NCBI RefSeq assembly: GCF_006345805.1
Contig: NC_043000.1
Location: 103,292,001-103,356,000 of the forward strand
Source of the DNA: Octopus sinensis
Lineage: Eukaryota
DNA length: 64,000 nucleotides
Direction: 5' to 3'
A model generated the notes under the pieces. That model saw only the letters and a program-made list of their open reading frames with translations, searched no databases and was not told the DNA's origin. The translations under genes were made by a program, and so were the position numbers. Below are positions 38,026 to 52,046 of this stretch, one piece after another (positions within the stretch are counted from its first letter, which is position 1; each line of letters starts with the position of its first letter).

Positions 38026-38243
38026 CAGTGGTTCTCAACCGGGGTACATATGGTTTTTGGGGGTCCCATATATAAGTTGATGTACAGTAAACTGGCTTTA
38101 CTTCTACAACACACGAAAAATTTTAACAATTTTTTAAATACAATTCCTGATAGTATCTTTATCCTCGAATGGTTATAAGGATTCATCCGAGTAAAAATAG
38201 CAATCAAAGGGTTCCACAGGTAAAAAATGGTTGAGAATTACTG
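38026..38243. mobile_element. hAT-Charlie-type MITE (218 bp)
   Basis: CAGTGGTTCTCAACC ... GGTTGAGAATTACTG; 8-bp TSD ATCTAATA / ACCTAATG. Confidence 0.85.
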
Positions 38244-39219
38244 ACCTAATGCTACATTATACTAAGTAGGTGTCATTTTTATTTAAGACAGCATAATATG
38301 TTTTAATGGAAATTTCACTGCTACTTCAGGCAGGTCAAGCGACCGCGCTAGATCTTCCATTCGTTTTCATGTAGACTATACAGGTCAAATCAGCATGATG
38401 AACATCACTCTTCTACAGACCTGGCATACGAATACGTTTAAACTCGACCTGCTAGAAATTAAGAGACAATTCTACCTCAGATCACAATATTCTATTTCAA
38501 AAGTGCAACCGCAATGGATAATGTATATCTAGATAGATTATATCTAAAAGGAGCAAAACGCCTTTCGTATTATATCTGCTCTATCAGTGCTAATCTGAGA
38601 CTGAAACCATAACACAACAGAAGCATTAATTGTACAATATTCCAAGATGGCAGATATGACAGAATCAGAAACCAAAGATGGTACAATATTTATTAGTATC
38701 CTGCGCGCTGAGAGTTTGAATTCCCTTTCAAGTTAGAGAGGTCAATAAATAAATAAATAAATAAATAAATATGCACAATGGATAAACTCAGATGATTACT
38801 TTCCTCTACAAAATAATTGACTTCTAACTGAGCAAAGGAATTGTTCCATTACGTTAAAAACTTCGATCGTCTTCGATTTCGTTTCATATTTTAGGTGGTT
38901 AAAAGTGTGATACTCAAACAGATATCGAATCTTAATCATCTTGGTTCGCTTTTCGAATTGGTTTTTTGTGGCCTGATGTCCTTCAACACTTTTAGTTGCC
39001 TCTAACGACACACGGGCATATAATGAACTTATTCTAAAACTGGGATGGACACGGTCATATTACAAGAAGTAAAATAAAAAACAATGGTGATTGTCTACGT
39101 TGATGAAAATTGTATAGCAGTGATTGTGAGTTTATTTAAATTTATACAATGTAGGGCAAAGAATAATTTGACGTTTAGGATCTGTCCCTTCACTTGAGTG
39201 GGGGAAAACATTATTCTTT

Positions 39220-39287
<68 letters not shown>

Positions 39288-39599
39288 TTCTATCTCAGAC
39301 CTGTGACTTGCGCAACCATACTTGTTGACTTAATATGACTTGCACGAATACATTCTCATGTAGTAGGAAATGAAATGGCTTCAGATTACCGGTAGCTTAC
39401 CTGTATCTTAATTACCGTAAATATATTCTAAACATGTGTCACAAATTGTTGTTTAGTCCCAAATCTACTCTGATTCGGCGGACTTATAATCAAAAGTATT
39501 CTAGCAAAGACAACGCTGTCGTTTTTCTTCTTTTTTTTTTCGGAATACAACTTCTTTAACCGTACAATATTATATATATATATATATGTCCACGTTGTG

Positions 39600-40050
39600 A
39601 CTGATAGGGGAACCCTGGTTTGGGAGATTCAGAGTTTTGAGGATTATAGAACCACCTCTTAGCCTCTACTGTTCCCCGGTCGGCTCTGACCTAGAATAGT
39701 AATACCTGTCTGAGTCTCAGCTGTGGATTAATTACCATGTCACGGAAGTGCCTTCGGAAGGTCACTCGCAGACATCCCACCGGACCAAGGGCAGATGAGG
39801 CCCTTCAGCTCTTTAGCTGCTCATCTAAGAGAAGGTAACTCCGTACAAATCCTGACAACCACTGGCTCGTGACATTATTTGCACCAGAAAATACAAGCTG
39901 TGGGACAATATAGTGTAGCTGGTTCTGCACAAGCCGCTCTGACTATAATATTGCCCATTAGGGTAATTTATTGAGCGTTAAGAAAAGGCAGAGGGAGTAA
40001 AACCTATAAAAAAAAATCTGGAATGAGGGCCCCTAAGGCAGATATGTACG
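39600..40050 (+). mobile_element. Probable RTE-clade LINE 5' UTR fragment
   Basis: CTAAGAGAAGGTAACTCCG and AAAATCTGGAATGAGGGCCCCTAAGGCAG resemble RTE 5' regions (from recall); partial homologue at about 32235-32300. Confidence 0.4.
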
Positions 40051-40099
40051 GTGATAGTGAAGTAATAAGCGCTACTCACTGTTTCTCAGTTGATTTGTC

Positions 40100-41690
40100 T
40101 TCCCTTCTTGATAAGAAATATAAAGAGCTATTAAAGCCAGGAAAACAATCGAAAGGGTTGGGTATTATGAGTGTAGCTAAACTGTTCCTTGTGTAGAGGC
40201 GTCTGTGTCCGCTGCCCAAAAAGGAAATACTGGGAGGCAAGAGCGGGAGCTCTCGTTGACACGAAATGTACAACTATTTTGTGACATGGTGAATGGTGGA
40301 TAACTGGGGTGGTATGAGTATAGAATTGACGATATATGGAACCCTGCTGAAGGCCCAGTTCATCGCGATTAACTACACTGATGAGGGTGCAGTCGTGGGG
40401 ATATTTATGAATGTGATCGGCGGACCTAGATGTGTCACAATCAATAATGGGGTTGTAGTTAAAGGGACAGCTGCGACTGTGCTGCCAAAATGGGGGTGGG
40501 GGTACAATGTGCAGTGAATGTAGTACCAAAGTGGTAACTGTTTAATTGTTGAAGTCAGCTGCAGGTAAGGGATTATAATTTTTTATCGAAGATAAGGATT
40601 TCTGTAAGGAGTTTTACAGCAGGAAATTCGTAGTCAAATGGTTCTGGTGGGGAAAGATTTTGACGTTCGAAAATATGTGAGCTGATACGTGTTCACCAAA
40701 AAAAAAAAGTTGGGGGCAGTGAAAGTCGAAATCGAAGGGAAGATAGATTTGAAGAGTTATTCTAATGCATTGTAGTGAAGAAATGGAAGATAGAGTGTTG
40801 TCACTGAGGGCCGTAATGCAGAGCACAAAAAATAAGCCTGGCCAACATTAGACTTTCGGGAGTTAAAATGTTATGTGACTTATCATTGTGATCAAAAATG
40901 TATGTGAGAAGACTTTATGGGGGAAGGGTTAAATGATTGGACCCCCTACAATTTTTTGTTTAAAATCAGCTCCCTATCGCTTCATGTAGCTAAGAAATTA
41001 TAGAAATACCAACTGGTGAAATATAAGGGCAAGACATAGTTTAACAAGGATGGGGTTCAGGCTGAACTCTCCGCTAAAGATAATAGCGACTCTCTTTAAA
41101 ACGATATTGGGAAAGTGAGACAACGAAAAGGCCTACTAACTTTTAACTAGATAGTGTTTTGGTGGACGACAGTGGCAGAGTATACAGGTCATCTGAAAAG
41201 TTTGGGACTCACTGCAAAGACACCAGAAACAGTGGTAAAGAGAACAGCATTGGGGCTAAAGCTGAAGAAACACAGGGCGAGTAAGTTGGTATTTCAGAAA
41301 TAAAATTCTAGAACTGTATGTTGATCAGAGTCAACAGAAACTATTCTCGATTTGTAGGAAGATATTAGGCCATTATATTTATCACTGGATGGCTCAGAAC
41401 TGCAAGCAGCCATGTAAAAAGTAGAGCTTGTGGGGGACAAGCTGGGAGATAAGATGGACAGAGGCGAATTACTATTGTGAAAAACAACTGGAAGAAATTG
41501 GCAATTTATGTGACGCATTATAGGCAAGGGTTGCATCTCTGAATGACTAGAATCTGGATCTGGATGAGTGGTTATGTGAAGGGAGATCAGAGTAGAGTCT
41601 GTCATTGAAATTGTAAGGGTGCTGAATGAAATATCTTCGGAGAGACGTCCGTTAGATGGCTGTTGATGGACACAGTACTACATTTCGGTG
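40100..41690 (-). pseudogene. Highly decayed CR1/Jockey-like LINE ORF2
   Basis: IHKYPHDCTLI at the YADD position preceded by a QGS-like segment, a PW-like motif near 41410; many stops. Confidence 0.5.
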
Positions 41691-43523
41691 AGAATCACTG
41701 AAAATACTGGACAAATAGAATGTCAAATTCTTCTCTAGAGCTGCATATAGAATGTGTAGGAATGCATGTTTTTTATTTTTGCATAATCATATGAATTCCG
41801 GCGTGTAGATTACAAATTCGCAAAATTTTCTGAAAATTCGAAAAAATAAATAAAGTTATGCGGGGTTTATATGGTGTGAGTAAAGCAGAATTGCGTCAAT
41901 ATTTCATTTGTTTACACGCGCTGTTTCGCACAAAATGACAGCTTCCAAATTTTATGACTGTGTAAAAATGATCAAACTTTAAAACTCTGTAACTTAAAAT
42001 TTTTTTTCTGGAGAGAGCTAAGTATCCCCTGGAATTCAGCATGGAAGACAACATAAATACACCAAATTTTAAAATTTTCACTAAAATTAAAAATTTCCAC
42101 AGGTACAACCAAACAGAAAACATCCCAGGCTGAGGAGTCGAAGCTTTTTGATAGTAGTGGTCGAGTGTGAGTGGAAAAATTTGAGAGTAGAACCAATGAC
42201 GGCCGTGAAGGTTTATCGTATTTTAAAAATATATTTGGTTGTTTATTCTTAATTCTTTGTTAGCATACTGTTTTGTAAAGAGATATTTAGATCAAGCTCA
42301 GCTTGTGTGATAGACAGATATCTATATGTCCGCCCATGGTAACAAAGTTAGATGCCAGAGGGTGGTTAGCGTTCGTCGTTTCTGAAAGCCATTGAAATTT
42401 GTACCTCTCTTCTCGTTTTCAGTAAAGAACGGGTATTTTTGCCTCGAGACCGCCTTGACACGCCCTGGAGTAGGAAGTCAGTAACCGAGGTAAGGCCAGA
42501 TTATTTTGTTGTTCACCTATTCCACCATACAAACACTACACACACACACTTACACACCACAATAAGAAGATATTGTATTCATACACAGATCAAGAATATA
42601 CAAAATAACACTAACACACACACACATTTACAAAATTACATCCACATGCACGCACACACGTACACAAAACAATAAATAACTTGATATCCGACAGCAGTAA
42701 GAACCTGAAAGATATGAATAAAGCTTAATTTTAGCGCCTTATTGATTTCAGTCACATACACTCAAAACATTTTGGAATTTCTGTACTTAACATTATATAT
42801 GACCTTTGAACTTTGACATTTTTTTCAGCTATTTTATTAGTATGATTGCTAGCAAATAAAATTAGCTGTGTTTAAGATTGTGAGAGAGACGAGGGAGAGA
42901 GAGGAAGGATGGGAGGTGAAAAGAGCTGGGCTGGGAGAGATTGAAAAATAGATATTGAGAGAAATCGGGAAGAAACTATAAAAGAACCTCAAAATAAAGA
43001 CTGCGACTGATAAGAATTTGACGAGTCTAGTCGCAATTTGTTGACGAAAGTCTATTCAACTATAATTCCAAAAGGAGTTATGTTGTTAGTGTGTCATGAG
43101 ATGAACAAAAACAAAATTTATTGGTAAGTAAAAGGTTCTGTCTGAAAAGTTAAATAGTTTTCTTTCTCTACAACACACATTATTGCTACTTTTTATATAA
43201 ATAAAGATGGTTAGTGGTAGATGTGATAATTCATACAATTTGGAATAAAGTGAGAAAGATAGGAAATATATTGGTACACGCATGGCTGTATGGTTAGGGA
43301 ATTCGCTTCGCATCCAAGTGGTCCCAAACACTTACCTCGTATTTATTGCATAGGACTTTGAGCAACGGTCCTAATTTTATAAGGAGCCATACGAGTGGAT
43401 CTGTGTGTGTGTGTGTGTGTGTGTGTACACGTATGTTTGTATTTATATATATATAAATATATATACACATACACACTCAAACACACACGCGCGTGCTTTT
43501 GTGTGTACGCGAATGTGTGTATG

Positions 43524-43617
<94 letters not shown>

Positions 43618-43962
43618 TGTACACATAGACACACTCACACACACGTATACACACACTCACACTCACATGCGCACACACGCGCACACTTATACACATGTGT
43701 AAAAAAGAAAACTTCAGTAAAGTTGTAGAATAGATAATCGCCAAATTAGTGCTCGAACCAGACCTAATTCTTAAAATCTAGCATACTAACCACGAGAAAA
43801 ATGTCTAACTTAACAAATTTCAAGCAATGATATGCATTATGCAAGCAAGAAAACATAATGATGCGAGAAAACAGCGGAAGTTCCAAAATTATTAACATAT
43901 AAGTGTCAATTCAAGCTATAAGCATTATATCACCGACGAAAAGGTTCTGTGTGGATATATAT

Positions 43963-44053
<91 letters not shown>

Positions 44054-45599
44054 TTATATACTTATATTAAGGGCATTACTATACATAAATGCCTCACACT
44101 AGGAGGGACTCTTAAAGCCAAATCTATCATAATAAATAAACACATTGTACCGAACGCGAGGAAATGCAACTCTCGAAGTGAGCATTTTAAAATCAGAATT
44201 CAGCTGCATATAATATGATTTCATAATTAGTGCCCAAAAGGCACTTTTTAATCGTCAGTGCAAGCATAATTCAAGACACACAAAAATGAATAAAAATCAA
44301 CATACCAAACGAACACCAAATGTATCCACCATAGTACATAGAATTGTTCACACTTATATATCTATGTAAAAGGCCGGCTTTTCATATTGCAACTCGGTAC
44401 ACGTGTTCATTCAGAAAAAAATTCAGCACTGAATGTATTCCGGTTAGATTTACTCTAGAAACAACATGTCTTTACGAATGCCACACGAGTAAAATTTTTT
44501 GCTATGAATGGTACGGAGGGAGGCGAGTGGGTTTACGAGCAATTTCAAAGTATCGAATTTGTAGGTGATCAAAGAGCACAACATAGCTAAAACAGAACTG
44601 AAGTAGATTCAAATATTGCTAAACCTCATTGTGGGTGAACTAAGAGTGTAAACACATTCTTTCTATGCTATTGAAATGCAAAAAAGAAAGTGGAGGGGTA
44701 AAGTTTTCTGACGGACAGTTTTACTGTTTGTTGACCGCTCCTCAGAGAAGACACATTAGGCTCCCTTCCTCAATCAGTAGCAGATACCATCAGCTATATA
44801 ATGCCATAAATTAGGCTAGCATATCAGCTTGTTCAAGTAGTTAATTAAGCTTCAAGATACTTGAGGAAGGTGAGAGATGTCTAACGGAAGGCGAAAACTG
44901 AATGCGTGTGGCAAGACTGGAGAGGTTTAATGGATCTATTAGAACATGTTTTTCGAAAGAACAAAGTGTGAGACGACATTTTTGATAACCTAGATGTAAC
45001 AGAGTAATCCGGGTCTTTATGCGAATTTTCCTCCAGTTATCCTGAGTTGCCTTCCCACTATTTACAATTTTTTTTGTTTGATTTTTTAGTGTTACATATT
45101 TTGTTTTTGTTGATTTCTTTCTACTCGGTATAAAACCTGCTTTGTGCGTTTGTACTTCTTTGTATTATCCTCAGTGTTTCATGTCCTTGTAACCAAAAAA
45201 AAAATCATTGTTGTAATTATTACTGTCGTTGTTATTGGTGCTGCCACTTCCACCGCCGCCGCTGCCGCTGCCCCGTCGTCATCGTCGACTTTGTTGTATT
45301 ACTGCAATAACAAATGGTTATCGCGATTATCTGTATCATTAATGTTTCCCTCTAACCGCGATGATATATTTAGGAATTATCAAGATAATTTGTGTTGGCA
45401 TCTTGACCGAGGTGCTTAAGCGGCCTCTGACAACATTCAAAGTGGCAGAAAGTTTGTTTCCTAGCTATTAGCTAACGTCTTTGTCTTGGCGATAACCAAA
45501 TAGTACCTGCAAGCACCAAAGATTAGTCCTGTTTCAATAGATGCTTTGTTTTACGATTTCCAGTCTCCAGTTTTCTTTCTATTGTTGTTGTTGTTGTTG

Positions 45600-45631
<32 letters not shown>

Positions 45632-46272
45632 TGCTTCAACTTTTATCAAACCACCATACTGCAAGATTCTTAATGGTCTTTTGATTACGTTAATTTCCCC
45701 CATTTTAAGTTAGTTGATATTATATCCCAACGGGAACAAAGATCGTACATAACACCAAAGTTTTACTCAGCTTTCGCGAAAAGTTTAGTATACAAGAAAC
45801 ATTTGTCACTTAAAATTGAAAATTGTAAAAAACAAAAAAAAAAAGAATTAACTGCCTTGTGAAAATATATCGAATAACATTTTAAGAATTAGGTAATCTG
45901 ATTATGACATCAGTTACGTGGAGAGGGAAGGCTGGTATGCATGGGCGACTGCTGGTCTTTCATAAACAACCTTGCCCGGACTTGTGTCTCTGAGGGGAAC
46001 TTTCTAGGTGCAATTCCATGATCATTCATAACTGCAGGGGTTCGTTACTCTATATTAATGACACGAAAATGAGCTAAAAGGAATAACTCAGTGTGACCAG
46101 CGGCATATATTTGAACGACAAGTACAAATAACGGTATATTGAATAACATACAACATAAATTCTTGAGTTATTGAAATTACCATTACTTTCAGTGACGGTA
46201 GAACATCCACATAAAAGCAGCTACAATCCACTCAAAATGTGTGCCTCTGTGTGTGTGTGTGTGTGTGTGTAT

Positions 46273-46343
<71 letters not shown>

Positions 46344-46431
46344 GGTAAAGATCTCATGTGTGGTATTTCTTCTTCCTGAGTTGCTCAGGCAATCTCTTGT
46401 CATTCTTGCCATAAGAAACACAGTGAACCAG

Positions 46432-46467
<36 letters not shown>

Positions 46468-46477
46468 AAACTGTAAC

Positions 46478-46940
46478 CAACGATATTATTGTGAACAAAG
46501 GTGATATATTTTTACATATTCTATATAAAAAGTGTTACATAATTTGAACAGTATAAAGAATGTACCACCAGCATTGCCCCATTGACCTTAACATCAGAAT
46601 TCATCCAAGGTTGAGATCCTGATCCATACACCCATCTGCAGAATTCAAGCTCACAACACATAAACGTATTGCAACACAATTAGTTAACCTCAACAGGCTT
46701 TGCTCTATTTAACATTATCCCAAAACAAATCAAAGAAGAAAAACGATCCCCTTACCTTCAAACGATATCTGGACAAATTTTATCAAGGAATACTAATAGA
46801 CAAGCTACCTATACCTGGACACAACTTAGTCAACAACTTTCCACATGAATGAGCCATGATATCACAAAATGTCACTTAAAAATTACTTCATAGATTTTAT
46901 AAGGTAGTGCTATTAAGTGAGATATGGCATGGGCCAATTT
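46478..46940 (+). pseudogene. CR1/L2-like LINE 3' remnant
   Basis: HPRL...ALFNIIPKQIKEEK/...FKRYLDKF...LPIPG matches the FK..LD.FL..IPD.P..PG C-terminal signature. Confidence 0.7.
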
Positions 46941-47374
46941 TGACTTAATCATATCTAAGTTATTTTATCTCAATTATTTTACAATCCTACAGCTTTAAAC
47001 AAACAGAGAAGGATTTGTTTTTCTTAACTATAAAACACATATTATAGTCAAATAAATTCATTGTTCGACTACTAATTAGACTCTTGTATCTTAGATCACA
47101 TTCTCTCCTATATCAAAATATATACCAGTATGTTTGGCAAGAAAGACATAAATATTGCTTAGCTGTGACGTATTATCGAAAATTAATTATTGATTAAAAA
47201 TTGTATTTAATTTATGTGCGACGTTAGTAATTTTTAACGGCAGGGGTTAGACGATACCATCGACCAGTAACTGGTACTTTATATTATCGACCTAGGAGGG
47301 ATGAAATGCAAAGTTGACCTCGGCGAAATCCGAAATCAGAACAAAAAAACCGGAAATTATTGGTTCTGTTATCG

Positions 47375-47942
47375 TTTACTTGTTTCCGTTATTTGACTAT
47401 GACCATGCTGGAGAACTACCTTGAAGGATTTAGTAGAAGAAATCAACTCCAGTACTTACTCCGGTACTTATTTTATAGGTCTCTCTGCTGAACCGCTTAG
47501 TTACAGCGACGTAACAATGTCAACACTGGTTATTTAGTGACGGAGGAGGAACAGACACAAATACAAGCACATACACATATGTATATACGTTAGAAGAATC
47601 GCAGTAAAACTAGTGCGAAAATAAGTATCTTACTATGGCGCTTGAATTAGTTTGCTGTGAGAAAGAAGAGAGAAATGTCATTCTGTGTCGTGGACAAAGA
47701 ACTATCCTCGAAAAGCCACGCTTTCTCAAGACAAACTACTTTATTTCAGTATATGAACAGTTTGTATAAACATGTATATATACGGCGGGCTTCAACACAG
47801 TTTCTATCGACCAAATCCACTCACAAAGGCCTTGGTCAGCCCGGGGCTATAGCAAAAGGCACTTGCCTATGATGCCGTGTAGTGAGACTGAACCCGAGTT
47901 CATGTGGTTGCAAAGCGAGCTTCTTAGCAACACAGCCATAAG
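47375..47942 (-). mobile_element. Family A SINE interrupted by a 170-bp local repeat
   Basis: Tail at 47375, head at 47942, insertion about 47590-47770. Confidence 0.8.
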
Positions 47943-48559
47943 CCAGCATATGAAAGAAAAAAAAAGAAACATCAATAATTGGATGTAATTGCTGTATGTG
48001 TCCCAGTTTAATGTATGCAAAGCAGTAAATGTGAATATTATCTTTTAAATTTATTTATAGTACCGCTAACGACAGCAATACCTCCGCTGGCTCAGTTGAA
48101 TTATTCTCCAACTTTATAAAATTGGTATTTATTTCATCTCTGCTGGAGAATGGAGAAACGCTATTATAAAAATAAACACGTCTACTGAAACAGGATCTGA
48201 ATTCTGAAAACAGTTTCAATTTCTGTAATATCATCTGGACCAATGAGAATTCTGATGTATTGAATATAAAGATCAACAACATATTAATGTGAAATTATAT
48301 ATGTCGTTGTTGCTGCTGTTTTGCTCCTAATTGAACAAACTATGTTCAAAGGACATTCAATCTTTGACAATCCAGCCTATTTTTTTTTGTCAGCCGGTGT
48401 TGTTGTATGGTTAGAAGTTTACTTAGCAACCACACAATTCCAGGTACAGCCCAACTGTGTGACACCTTGGGCGAGTGTCTTCTACTATTTCCCCAGGTCA
48501 ACGCAAGCCGTGTGAGAGAATCGTGTAGACGAAAACTGAAAAAAGCCCGTCATATATAT

Positions 48560-49865
48560 ATATATTATATAATAAAGCAGAGTTTGTGTGTGTGTGTGCA
48601 TATGTTCCTTATGGATTTGAAAATTGAATCGCCGATTTTGACGTATGGGGTATCAAAAGATTCAGTAACCCTTTGGCTACCAACTAAAGTATGTTTTTTG
48701 CACAACTCTATTTTACTACAAAGATATCCCCGAAAACGAGGTCGGGTCGCACAATTTTAATGCCTTTAGATAAGGGAGGCAATTCTACCTGAAACATCTT
48801 TGTCTTAGAGCATAATGAGAAAATGTTTAAAATACATGAGCTTTTACCAGGGAATGAAACTTCGAAGATATATCGTCAACTTTATTAGTATTATTTAGTA
48901 GATAATCTTTTAATGTGAAGTATGATTGTCTGTGTTTTGTTTAGCCAAGAGTTGCATCTGATGTAGCCGACACATTGCATAGTTTGTTCTTTTTTCTTTC
49001 TTCCTGAAATAATGTAAATCTGTCTTTCTTTTTATGTAAGGGTGTGTTTTAAGAGAGATTTGGCTGCGATTTGTAGTAGCTCAAGTTACCACAGAGACAC
49101 CTCTGTGTGTGTATGTACGTTATTGCAGTGGAAAAATATTTTTTCTCAGAATATTTTGCCCAATAATTTTTTAAAGAAATCTGGACATCTTTCTTACTGC
49201 TAACCATTCAACTTCAAATTACAAATGTTAATTGTTGGAAGTCAAGTAGACTAAGGTGTACATATTGTGTTATCGTATAGAGTGAAAGTTCAATACGAAG
49301 TTTTGAACTCGTAATCCTGTGGTTAGTAGTCCATTACCTTAAATTTGAAGCCATTAAGTAATTAAACATGATTTTACTGGGTTTATTCTTTCGACTGTCG
49401 CTATGATGGAGTATCACTTCAAAAATTTAATTCATCATAGTGACCTCTATACGTATTCCAATCTGGCACTTACTTTATAGATCGCTGCTTGATGAACTGC
49501 TACCTTTGATAATTAGTGGGACACAATACTCGATTAACAACAATTGTAAACACACACATACACACACATATTAGGTGCAAGAATGACTGTGTGGTTGAGA
49601 AGTTTGCTTCTCAACCACATGGTTCCACGTTCAGTTCCTCTGCTTGGGCAAGTGTTTTCTTCTATAACCCTAGGCCAACTACAGACTTGTGATTGAATTT
49701 GATAGAAACTGCAGCGTTGTTCATAAGAAAATGACTGAAAAACATGTTTATAAAGAAGAAATGTATACTTCATACACCTCGTGTGCTAATTCTGCCCATA
49801 AAAAGGAACAAATAATATGTGGTTGAGTGTCATGACATCCGAGCAACGCCGGGGTGTATTGCTAG
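48560..49865 (+). mobile_element. Non-autonomous Helitron nested in a family A SINE
   Basis: TATATAATAAAGCAGAGTTTGTGTG 5'-like end; CCGAGCAACGCCGGG hairpin + CTAG|T; SINE halves at 48395-48560 and 49940-50180. Confidence 0.7.
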
Positions 49866-49882
49866 TATAAATGTTTGTATAT

Positions 49883-49942
<60 letters not shown>

Positions 49943-50870
49943 ATTGTATATGTGTGTGTGTGCGTAAGCACGCGCGCGTTTGGGTTTGACGTCGCTTGGC
50001 AACCGGTGTTGGGTTATTTACGGCTCTGTAGCCTAGCTTTACGGCAAATGAGAACAATAAACTAAATACAGAGTTTTAACAAATAAGCACTGGGATCGAT
50101 TTGTTCAATTAAACCCTTCAAGTTGATGTCCCAGCACGGTCGCAGTCCATTGATTGTAACAAGTAAAAGAAAAGAAAAAATGCCTTCCATTTTATTCGTT
50201 TAAAGACAAAGGGTATTGCATACGGGAAATTTAGCTGATATTTCTAGTATTGAGCGACTACATAGAGACACCCTCCTTGGCTCTGTTGCTTCAGGGTGGC
50301 TATGAGCAAACAGTCCACAAAGTGGAATGGATTTTGCTATGAAGTTTACTATGAGAAAGAAGCGAGATCTGGCATTTCGTACAGGAACCTACTGGACAAA
50401 GAACTATCCTCGAAAAACCATACTTTCCCTCCTTCTCAAGACAAACTACTTTATTCAGTAAGTGAATAGATTTTATATGCTATCAGCCGATGTAGACCAG
50501 AAATATCAAACTTACGACCTGTAGGTCGGATCTTGCTTAGGGTAAGATGTAGTCCGGCTTGCCGGCTCAATTTTATGATTAAAATTTGTTATTATTGTTT
50601 AAAATTTAAAATACTCAGTAAGATATATATCGCTAGCATTCGTTTAAAGGCAGAACCTGACTAGGATCATGATTAACACTAATCAAATCAGTGCACCTTA
50701 AGGACTCTTTTCATCACAAATTAATGGAAAAGAAGCTTATAAATCAATTTACAAAAATATGTAACCTCGCCCCGAATAGATCCAGTGGTATGAACGTTGG
50801 TGAACAAAACGTGTAATGAAAATAAATGAGTTGGAAGAATCAAAGTAAAATTAGTGCGAAAATGACCATA

Positions 50871-51102
50871 TTTATTTCTTTACTACCCACAAGGGGCTAA
50901 ACACAGAGAGGACAAACAAGGACAGACAAACGGATTAAGTCGATTATATCGACCCCAGTGCGTAACTGGTACTTATTTAATCGACCCCGAAAGGATGAAA
51001 GGCAAAGTCGACCTCGGCGGAATTTGAACTCAGAACGTAAAGACAGACGAAATACCGCTAATCATTTCGCCTGGCGTGCTAACGTTTCTGCCAGATCGCC
51101 GC
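50871..51102 (-). mobile_element. Young monomeric family B SINE
   Basis: Near-identical to head + unit 1 of the array; short TSD CATATT. Confidence 0.93.
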
Positions 51103-51942
51103 ATTCATATTACTATGGCGCTTGAATTAGTTTGCTGTGAGAAAGAAGAGAGGTCTGACATTTCGTGCAGAACCTACAGGACAAAGAACTATCCTCTAAA
51201 AGCCACACTTTCTCAGGATAAACTACTTCATTTCAGTATGTGAATAATGTATATACACTATCTACAAAATAATGACGGCCAAATCTGGCAAGTATTATAG
51301 CTAACTTAAACGATCCCCAAAGTAACTAGTACAACCAGAGTTGTATTACTTACTTTATTGACTCGGGAACGATGGCAGGCAAAATTGATTTCTGTGGAAT
51401 TTAAACCAAGAATGTAAAGTGACATACCTTAATATTGCAAGCTATTTAAATCTGGGGTTTCTCCTATTTTAAACGCTTTCCCTGTTTACAAATAATGATA
51501 TACCTTCTCTGAATATCCATTGAAATTTATCTAGCAAGCTTCAGAAACTCCTCTCCAAAATGATTAATTATATCGAGTTTTTTTTTTTTATTTGAAATGT
51601 ATCGAGCAACAGAAATTTCATGTACTATCTACACAGATTTATTTTATTTTATTTATATGTATTTTTTTTATTTATTTGTTCATTTATATATTTTCTGCTT
51701 TTCTTTCGCTTTGTGTTGTTTTGTACTCAAATTGTTCCGCACCAGGGAGTCAGTAAACTCTAGCGGCAAATATATTTAACACTGACTATACAACGGATTT
51801 CTTGCCGACGTCGTTTACATCGTAGCCAAATCCCAGTGTGCCGAAACGACACTGGGTTTTTGTTAATACAATAATTAAATAATTAACTTACAAGTAGTTT
51901 CAATTCTTATTGATTACAGAGCTGTTAACGAAATAGGAACAC

Positions 51943-52046
<104 letters not shown>

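Noticed and set aside
41710-42240. Possible non-autonomous DNA transposon body
   Set aside because: The composition is suggestive, but I could not identify TIRs or a TSD.
51829-51861. Hairpin CCCAGTGT...ACACTGGG followed by a T run, resembling an intrinsic terminator
   Set aside because: Eukaryotic context, single occurrence and no upstream gene; no function can be assigned.
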